Positions 57,272 to 64,000 of a DNA stretch of 64,000 nucleotides are shown piece after piece; the stretch's first letter is position 1, and every line of letters begins with the position of its first letter. Below the pieces are notes generated by a model that had not been told where the DNA came from, ran no database searches, and saw nothing but the letters and a program-made list of their open reading frames with translations. Made by a program: the position numbers and the translations under genes. The stretch comes from Candidatus Latescibacterota bacterium (GTDB taxonomy: Bacteria; Latescibacterota; UBA2968). The stretch lies in contig OZ220741.1 of the NCBI GenBank assembly GCA_965116885.1, forward strand, positions 1,536,001-1,600,000, read 5' to 3'.

Positions 57272-59253
57272 GCCATCGCCTCCCGCATTTGCAATGCCTG
57301 TTTTTCGCGCTTGTCGGGCCACATGACGACGATGGTGCCGATTGTGATGATCCACGCGCCTATCCAGACCCACATGACGAGGGGGTTGATGTACAGGTGA
57401 AAGAGGGCGACTTCTTCGCCGTCTCGCATGTCAACGCCCTGGTAGAGTGCGTAGAGGTCTTCTCGCAAGTTGGATCGAATGGCGACTTCTGTGGTGCTTT
57501 GTTGATCTTGTCGCTTGTGATAGACCTTCTGGTGGGGCCACATGGTGCCCAATCGCTGTCCGTGTTTATAGACGCCGAGCTGGGCGACGATGTCCCAGGT
57601 GAGTGGATTGGTGGATTCGGTAATGCCTTCATACGTGAGGGTGTAGGGTCCGATGTCGGTGGATTCCATGTATTTAAGTTCGACCTGGGAATCTTTGTTG
57701 AACGCATTGCCGGTGAATCCGATGAAGAGCAGGACCACGCCAAAGTGGATGATATAACCGCCGTATCGGCGGCGATTTCGCCGGGTGAGATTGACGATGG
57801 CGCGGAGATAGGATTCGCCAGAGCTACTGCCGCGCGCCCGTGCGCCGCGGTGAAATTCGGTGATGATTGTGCCTGTGACAAAGCCGCAGAAGATGAAGGA
57901 TATGATGGCGTAGATATCGCGTACGCCGAGGGCAATGGCGACGATGCCGCAGATCAGCCCCAGGATGCTTGATCCCGTGAAGTGTTTTCTCAGACTTTTG
58001 CCCGAGGTGCGCCGCCAGGCGAGCAGCGGACCTATGCCCGTGAGTACGAGCAGGAGCAGGCCAATGGGTACCATGACGGTGTTGAAGTAGGGCGGCCCTA
58101 CGGTGATTTTGTCGCCGGTAACGGCTTCGGAGATCACGGGAAACATGACGCCCCAGAAGACGGCGAATGTGGCGGTGAGGAAGAGCAGATTGTTGAGCAA
58201 AAAACCACCTTCGCGGGAGATGGGAGATTCGTATTGGGTTCTGGTTTTGAGCAGGTCCAGGCGCGAGACGAGGAGGAGGCTTGAGAAGATGACGATCAGG
58301 ACGACGAGGACGCCAAACCAGGGACCTATGGGGGACTGGGCAAACGCGTGTACGGAGGATACGACGCCACTTCGGGTTAGGAAGGTGCCGTAGATGCACA
58401 GGGTGTAGGTGGCGATGATGAGGACCATGTTCCAGATTTTGAGCATGCCTTTTTTTTCCTGGATCATGACGGAGTGCAAGAAGGCCGTGCCGGTCAGCCA
58501 GGGTAAGAGGGCGGCGTTTTCGACCGGGTCCCAGCCCCAGTATCCGCCCCAGCCGAGGACGACATAAGCCCATTTGCCGCCGAGGAGTTGGCCCGTGCCC
58601 AGGAAGAACCAGGCGAGGAGGGTCCAGCGGCGGGTGGTGCGAATCCATTCTTCGTCAATTTGTCTGGATAAGAGGGCGGCCATTGCAAAGGCAAAGGGTA
58701 CGGTAAAGCCGACGTAGCCGTGATAGAGCATGGGGGGGTGGATGGCCATGACGGGATGGACGAGCAAGGGGTTCATGCCGGTTCCATCGGGCAGGGCGCG
58801 CGGCATGGTGACAAATGGATTTTCGTGGATGCAGATGAGCGCGAGGAAGAAGGCCAGCGTGAAGGACATGATGGCTGTGGCATAAGAGGCGAGGGGTCCG
58901 CGAAAGGCGCGGGTTTTGATGACGGCAAAGAATATGAATCCGGATAGGATCAATGCCCAGAGCAGGAGCGATCCCTGCATGCCGGACCAGACGGCTGTGA
59001 ATTTGTAACCGGTGGGCAGGTCGCGGCTGGAGTGGGTGGCGATGTAGTAGATGTCGAAGCGGTCTGTGAGGAAGAGCACTTCGAGAATGGCCATGGCAGA
59101 GAGGCAGAGTAAAAAACCCGTGAGGACCGCGCGTTCTGTGCTCAGGATGAGGCCCATTCGCCGGGTTTTGGCAGCCAAAATTGCGGCGATGACCGCATAA
59201 GCCGAGGTGAATAGGGCGAGGTAAAGGAGAAAGTTACCGAGTTGTGGGAGCAT
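57268..59253 (-). CDS. ccmF: Heme lyase CcmF
   Basis: GSLLLW, GMNPLL, IHPP, WAYVVLGWGGYWGWDPVENA, TRSG..SVHAF, NPLV.W.W. Confidence 0.95.
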   Translation of the reverse strand: MLPQLGNFLLYLALFTSAYAVIAAILAAKTRRMGLILSTERAVLTGFLLCLSAMAILEVLFLTDRFDIYYIATHSSRDLPTGYKFTAVWSGMQGSLLLWALILSGFIFFAVIKTRAFRGPLASYATAIMSFTLAFFLALICIHENPFVTMPRALPDGTGMNPLLVHPVMAIHPPMLYHGYVGFTVPFAFAMAALLSRQIDEEWIRTTRRWTLLAWFFLGTGQLLGGKWAYVVLGWGGYWGWDPVENAALLPWLTGTAFLHSVMIQEKKGMLKIWNMVLIIATYTLCIYGTFLTRSGVVSSVHAFAQSPIGPWFGVLVVLIVIFSSLLLVSRLDLLKTRTQYESPISREGGFLLNNLLFLTATFAVFWGVMFPVISEAVTGDKITVGPPYFNTVMVPIGLLLLVLTGIGPLLAWRRTSGKSLRKHFTGSSILGLICGIVAIALGVRDIYAIISFIFCGFVTGTIITEFHRGARARGSSSGESYLRAIVNLTRRNRRRYGGYIIHFGVVLLFIGFTGNAFNKDSQVELKYMESTDIGPYTLTYEGITESTNPLTWDIVAQLGVYKHGQRLGTMWPHQKVYHKRQDQQSTTEVAIRSNLREDLYALYQGVDMRDGEEVALFHLYINPLVMWVWIGAWIITIGTIVVMWPDKREKQALQMREAMA

Positions 59254-59268
59254 GTGTTTGGGTCTCGT

Positions 59269-59706
59269 TTATTCGTATGACGCTTTGATTTCTTCGTAGC
59301 TCTGGCTTTCGTATTTGGAGGGGCATTTGGCGAGCATGTCGTCGGCTATGAAGATGCCGTTGGGTCCGATTTTGCCTTCGAGTACGACGTCGGCTTCTTC
59401 TCGGAAGGTGTCGGGTACGACGCCGCTGTATCGGATGGTGCGTTTGCTGGCAGAGGGGTCCTGGTCGATGAGGTCAGAGATTTCAAATTCGACGGTGCGG
59501 TTGCCGTCGCGGGAGATGATGGAGCCAGGGATGACTTTGCCGGCGAGTTTGAAGCGGGTATTGGCAAATTCGGTTTCGCGCGCTTCCAGTTCGGAGACGG
59601 TGAGGTAGTACAGCGACATTTTTTCAGAGCTGTACACGACCAGAGTGAGCAAGCTGGCGACAATGACGGCAAATCCGGCGATGAATTTTATTTTTTTGGT
59701 GGTCAT
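59269..59706 (-). CDS. ccmE: Heme chaperone CcmE, CxxxY variant
   Basis: N-terminal TM, YY.TVSE, G.V.PGS, Y.G.VPDTF, LAKCPSKY. Confidence 0.92.
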   Translation of the reverse strand: MTTKKIKFIAGFAVIVASLLTLVVYSSEKMSLYYLTVSELEARETEFANTRFKLAGKVIPGSIISRDGNRTVEFEISDLIDQDPSASKRTIRYSGVVPDTFREEADVVLEGKIGPNGIFIADDMLAKCPSKYESQSYEEIKASYE

Positions 59707-59781
59707 TTCATCCTCTGCGCTTTTTGGCTACCAATGGGGTCTCAGAAAATTAAAGATAGATAAGTCCCCCTAAATTAACAA

Positions 59782-60648
59782 CTATTTTAAGCCCAATTGT
59801 GCGCGGTAGGCGATGTCTTCAACTTTGTTTTTGTTCCAGTAGTCGATCATTGTAGCATGCGTTTTGCGCGCTGTGGTCGTGGTCCAGCGGCCCCGGCGTT
59901 GCGTGGATTCTTCCCAGCCGAGGATGGCGTGGGGATAGTTTTTTTCAAAGGTTATGGCGAGTTTGCGGCCGATAGAGGTGTAGGTGAGGGTGTAAACCGA
60001 GGTCTCGTCGTCTGTGGTGAGTTTTGCATTGGCGGTCTGGACATCTGGGAGGGTGTGTGTCAGGCGCTGGAATAGCATGCCGGGGATGATCTGGATTTCA
60101 CCTGTGGGCAAGCGCTCGGGTGCCAGTCGGATGCGCGTCCAGATTTCGTCTTCGAGGATGGCGCTGGGCAATGTGAGGTCGCGGTCGCCATCGCTTTGAA
60201 AATAAGATCGCAGTGTGGCTTTGTATTTGCCGTCGCGATGGTTTATCTGGGCAAAGGTGTGTCCGCACCATTCCTGAGCTGTGCTGGTGACTTTGAGCGT
60301 GCGTGTTTGGTCGGGGGCTACGGGTGTGAATACAGAGGTCATGATGGAGTAGGGATAGAGGCCCGTTGTGAATTGGCGCATGGCGTTGAGTTTGAGTACG
60401 GAGGTGCTCGGCCCGTCGCCGCGTTCGTGCTTTACGTGTTTGTCTGTGAGAAAGTTCTCGGTTACGAAGATGAGTACGGCGTCGCCGTCATAAACACCGC
60501 GATATTGCGCCTGTTTGAGTTCATAGCGGGTGATTTCCGCGAGTCCGGCGTACCATTGTTTTTTGAATGCGTCATCCCAGGGTTTTACTTCTGCATGGGT
60601 CGGGGCGATGAAGATGATGGTGAAAAATATGGTGATTAAGTGTCGCAT
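59782..60648 (-). CDS. Exported hypothetical protein
   Basis: Signal peptide; conserved-looking W..G.AEITRY, IFVTE.F, VLKLN, TG.YPYS, QEWCG, YW motifs. Confidence 0.75.
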   Translation of the reverse strand: MRHLITIFFTIIFIAPTHAEVKPWDDAFKKQWYAGLAEITRYELKQAQYRGVYDGDAVLIFVTENFLTDKHVKHERGDGPSTSVLKLNAMRQFTTGLYPYSIMTSVFTPVAPDQTRTLKVTSTAQEWCGHTFAQINHRDGKYKATLRSYFQSDGDRDLTLPSAILEDEIWTRIRLAPERLPTGEIQIIPGMLFQRLTHTLPDVQTANAKLTTDDETSVYTLTYTSIGRKLAITFEKNYPHAILGWEESTQRRGRWTTTTARKTHATMIDYWNKNKVEDIAYRAQLGLK

Positions 60649-60747
60649 GGCGTGCTCCTGTTGAGGGAAACGGGTGGCGCTACGTGGTGTAAGTTGTATA
60701 TTGGTACAGATGTTAAGCAGGCATGAATATAACTATGGAGTGATAAT

Positions 60748-62244
60748 ATGCGACCGAATTTTTTGATTTTTTGCGTGGATCAGATGCAGGCGTATTGCAT
60801 GGGTTGCAGTGGGCATCCGGATGTGCAGACCCCCAATCTGGATCGTTTGGCGGGAGATGGGGTTTTGTTTCGCCGCAATTATTGCTCGCATCCGGTGTGC
60901 CAGCCGTCGCGGGCTTCTTTGATTACCGGGTTGACGCCTTCGCAACACGGGTTGATACAAAATGGCATGAGTTTGTCCGAAGAGATGCCGACTGTGACCG
61001 GGGCGTTGTCCGAGGCGGGGTATCGCACGCATGCGGCGGGCAAGTTGCATTTGCAGCCTTTTTCGGGCGGTGATTCCTGGGAGAACCGATATCGGTGGTA
61101 CAGCGGTGAGGTGACCCATTTGCCCGAGGGGTATTACGGTTTTGGCGAGACGGATTATGTGGGTGGGCATGTGAATTACGTTTGTGGGGATTATCGAAAT
61201 TGGTTAGAAGGAGAATATCCGGATGTCGCGCAAAAGGATCATCCGGAAGACGGTCCTTCAACATGTGTTCCCTATGCTCAGTTTTCGGCGTATCAGAATT
61301 TTGGCTACCAGACCTGGAAGATTGATCAAATTCCGGCTGAGTTGCATTACAATCACTGGATTGCAGATCGCACGATGGCTTTTATAGATGGTTTGGACGC
61401 GGGTGAAAATTTTTTTGCGTGGTGTTCTTTTCCAGATCCGCACCATCCTTTTGTGGCTTGCAAGCCGTATAGTGAAATGTATGATCCCGGGGCTTTAACC
61501 CTGCCGGAGACGTTTGTTGTTGACGAAGATCCAGATTCTGATAGTTTGCTGCGGAGGGTTGGTCCCGCCTGGTTTGATGGCGATGAGGCGGATTTGCGGC
61601 AGGTGATGGCGCAGACTTATGGCATGACTTCGCATATTGATGATAATGTGGGTCGCGCGATTGATTTTTTGCAGGCGAAGGGTTTGTACGATCATACGGT
61701 TATTGCGTTTATCGCAGATCACGGCGAGTATCTGGGGTCACACCATTTATGGCATAAGACGCCCTATCAGTGGGAGGAGTTGCTGCGCGTGCCGTATATT
61801 TGGCGGGTGCCTGGGGGACAGACGGGTGTTTGCGATGATGTTGTGAGTAATCTGGATCTTGTGCCTACTGTGCTGGATTATGCGGGGATAGATCAAGTTT
61901 CTATGCGTTTTCGACGCGAGGATTGGGCTGTTGAGGGTTTTGAGTTGCCCGGGCGTTCGTTGAGAGGTTCTATTAATGATGGCGCGGATATGTCCGACCG
62001 CGCGGCTTTGGTGGAGATGGGGTCCATGCGGACGTTGATTACGGAGCACTATAAAATTGTGGTGGATGCCTCGGGCATTGGGCATAATGTGCTGGTGGAT
62101 CTGGAAAATGATCCACGCGAGAAAGTAAATTTGTGGGATCGTTCGGAGGCGCGGGATGTGAAAGCGGATCTTTTGACGCGTTTGATGCGGGAGTGTATTC
62201 GCTGTACGCGTGTGGATAATCCCAAAATTACACCTGGTGCATGA
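60748..62244 (+). CDS. Sulfatase (S1, Cys-type)
   Basis: RPN, DQ, CQPSRASLITG, GKLH, PHHP, ADHG, DLVPT. Confidence 0.93.
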   Translation: MRPNFLIFCVDQMQAYCMGCSGHPDVQTPNLDRLAGDGVLFRRNYCSHPVCQPSRASLITGLTPSQHGLIQNGMSLSEEMPTVTGALSEAGYRTHAAGKLHLQPFSGGDSWENRYRWYSGEVTHLPEGYYGFGETDYVGGHVNYVCGDYRNWLEGEYPDVAQKDHPEDGPSTCVPYAQFSAYQNFGYQTWKIDQIPAELHYNHWIADRTMAFIDGLDAGENFFAWCSFPDPHHPFVACKPYSEMYDPGALTLPETFVVDEDPDSDSLLRRVGPAWFDGDEADLRQVMAQTYGMTSHIDDNVGRAIDFLQAKGLYDHTVIAFIADHGEYLGSHHLWHKTPYQWEELLRVPYIWRVPGGQTGVCDDVVSNLDLVPTVLDYAGIDQVSMRFRREDWAVEGFELPGRSLRGSINDGADMSDRAALVEMGSMRTLITEHYKIVVDASGIGHNVLVDLENDPREKVNLWDRSEARDVKADLLTRLMRECIRCTRVDNPKITPGA

Positions 62245-62275
62245 TATCGGGTATTTTTCAAATAGAGGAGATGCT

Positions 62276-63682
62276 ATGGCTAACAAACCAAATGTTATTG
62301 TCTTTTTTACAGATCAACAGCGCTGGGATTGCATGGCAGCGCATGGTAATCCATTGGGGATTACGCCGAATCTGGATCGCGCGGCTCAGCACGGGACGCA
62401 TGTGTACAATAGTTTTACGTGTCAGCCTGTGTGCGGTCCGGCGCGTTCGTGTTTGCAGACGGGGATGTACGCGAGTGAGACGGGGGTGTATCGCAATGGG
62501 ATTGGGCTGAATCCGGATCACAAGACGCTTGCGCAGTGTTTTAATGATGCGGGTTATCACACGGGGTATATTGGGAAGTGGCATCTGGCGACGACTGGGC
62601 GCGGTTTTGTGCCGGAAGAAGCGCGCGGTGGATACCAGTTCTGGCTCGCGGCAAATGCGCTGGAGGGGACGTCTGATACGTATGATTGCGTTGTTTATGA
62701 CAATGATAATCAGGAGGTGAAGTTGCCCGGTTATCGGGTCGATGCGCTGACGGATGCGGCGATTCGGTATGTGGATGAACATCAGAGCGATCCCTTTTAT
62801 CTGTTTATTTCTTTTTTGGAACCGCATCACCAGAATCATCTGGACGATTATCCGCCGCCAGATGGGTATCGCGAGATGTATGCGGGACGATGGACACCGC
62901 CCGATCTGGCGGGATTGCCCACGCATCCTTCAGCCGAGGGCGAGTATCCCGGCGCGGTTCCCACGGGGGGGAGTACGCAGCAGCATTTGGGTGGGTACTG
63001 GGGTATGATCAAGCGTTTGGATGAGGCTTATGGGCGTTTGCTCGATTCCCTGAAGAGTTTGGGGCTGTTAGAGGATACGATTGTGCTGTTCACTTCTGAT
63101 CACGCCTGCCATTTCCGCACCCGCAATAAGGAATACAAGCGTTCGTGTCACGAGAGTTCTATCCGCACGCCAACGGTGTTGACGGGTGGCCCGTTTACAG
63201 GAGGGGGCACGTTGGGCGAGTTGGTGAGTCTGGTGGATTTGCCGCCGACGCTGTTGGATGGTGCCGGGTTGGAGATTCCCGATCAGATGTCGGGGCGTTC
63301 CGTGCTTCCCATTTTGGGCGGTGGTGGGAAATCACTTGCAGATCCCTGGCCGGATGATGTGTTCGTGCAGATTTCAGAGAGCGGTATTGGTCGCGCTGTT
63401 CGCACAAAGCGATGGAAGTACGCGGTCCAAAGCGATGCGGTGCCGCCCGGTGCAGAGGGTGCGAGAAGTTATGAGGAGGCGTATCTCTACGATCTGGAGG
63501 CAGATCCGTACGAGTTGCGCAATTTGATTGGCTATGAAAGCCACCGTCCGGTTGCAGACCGAATGAAGGCGCGGTTGCTCGGCTATATTCGAGATGTTGA
63601 AGGGTATGTTCCCGAAATTGTCGATGCGAAAGAACGACAAGGTGGTCAACGGCGGGTGTCTGATGTCGAGGTTGAGATGTGA
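62276..63682 (+). CDS. Sulfatase (S1, Cys-type)
   Basis: KPN, TDQQR, CGPARSCLQTG, GKWH, EPHH, SDH, LYDLEADPYE; GAGGAG SD. Confidence 0.93.
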   Translation: MANKPNVIVFFTDQQRWDCMAAHGNPLGITPNLDRAAQHGTHVYNSFTCQPVCGPARSCLQTGMYASETGVYRNGIGLNPDHKTLAQCFNDAGYHTGYIGKWHLATTGRGFVPEEARGGYQFWLAANALEGTSDTYDCVVYDNDNQEVKLPGYRVDALTDAAIRYVDEHQSDPFYLFISFLEPHHQNHLDDYPPPDGYREMYAGRWTPPDLAGLPTHPSAEGEYPGAVPTGGSTQQHLGGYWGMIKRLDEAYGRLLDSLKSLGLLEDTIVLFTSDHACHFRTRNKEYKRSCHESSIRTPTVLTGGPFTGGGTLGELVSLVDLPPTLLDGAGLEIPDQMSGRSVLPILGGGGKSLADPWPDDVFVQISESGIGRAVRTKRWKYAVQSDAVPPGAEGARSYEEAYLYDLEADPYELRNLIGYESHRPVADRMKARLLGYIRDVEGYVPEIVDAKERQGGQRRVSDVEVEM

Positions 63683-63686
63683 AAGG

Positions 63687-63770
63687 CACCCCTCCCCCGG
63701 CCCCTCCCCGATACGGGGAGGGGAGACCTGGTTCCCCCTTCCTCGTAGGAAGGGGGTTAGGGGGTAGGTC
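63687..63770. repeat. Gene-less inverted doublet of the DUF559-flanking hairpin repeats
   Basis: CACCCCTCCCCCGG + CCCCTCCCCG-ATA-CGGGGAGGGG, short spacer, then an inverted copy 39/40 identical to 26880-26919. Confidence 0.9.
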
Positions 63771-63796
63771 CTATATGTATCAGGAGGCGATGAGAG

Positions 63797-64000
63797 ATGT
63801 ACATTCAAGATCAGGTTCATTACGATAATTTGGACGACGATATTTTGAGTTTTTACAGAGCGATTAGCGTGGATTCGATTCACCTCGAGTTGCGGGGCGG
63901 TAGGCCGTCTGCAAAATCGGCGAAGCGCAGTGGCACGGGTGTGGCGAATACGGCGCTGGCACAGCGGATTTACGCAGGAGAGGATTGTACGGAGGAATTT
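63797..64000 (+). CDS. Partial CDS, possibly a UxuA-like N-terminus (runs off window end)
   Basis: MYIQDQVHYDNLDDDILSFYRAISVDSIHLELRG... open to 64000; loosely resembles the start of the 28618 gene. Confidence 0.5.
   Translation, partial: MYIQDQVHYDNLDDDILSFYRAISVDSIHLELRGGRPSAKSAKRSGTGVANTALAQRIYAGEDCTEEF

Noticed and set aside
1..64000. CRISPR array, tRNA or rRNA genes
   Set aside because: No regularly spaced repeat-spacer array and no recognisable cloverleaf or rRNA motifs; the repeats found are dispersed palindromes or short tandems

Overview
Bacterial chromosomal window of moderate GC with three lower-GC patches (about 9240-9600, 12450-13330 and 52350-56400). The gene content (PhyH-family dioxygenase, sulfatases, several enolase-superfamily enzymes, a DUF6785-type membrane protein, a cohesin/dockerin-tailed secreted enzyme) suggests Candidatus Latescibacterota or a similar, possibly sponge-associated, lineage. 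This taxonomic call is inference only. The main blocks are: (1) a peptidase plus pectin/uronate catabolic genes (1-9236); (2) a sigma54-driven secreted vanadium haloperoxidase-like protein with FN3-cohesin-dockerin tail; (3) a urea ABC transport and urease operon, in which urtA is broken by a 61-bp tandem duplication and the urease/UreG/UreD look plant/fungal-like with no ureE; (4) acid-sugar catabolic genes with a DUF559 nuclease bracketed by inverted hairpin repeats that also occur as a gene-less doublet at 63687-63770; (5) housekeeping genes (lolC/E pair, rsgA, M32 carboxypeptidase); (6) a CxxU Rdx/SelW selenoprotein with a SECIS-like hairpin that the ORF track missed; (7) a CxxxY-type cytochrome c maturation operon split by a ~5-kb TA/defence island (Rpn nuclease with an internal start, orphan BrnA, DUF433-DUF5615, HEPN-motif protein); and (8) two sulfatases. 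Several small intergenic repeat families are present. No rRNA, tRNA, CRISPR array or integrase was recognised.
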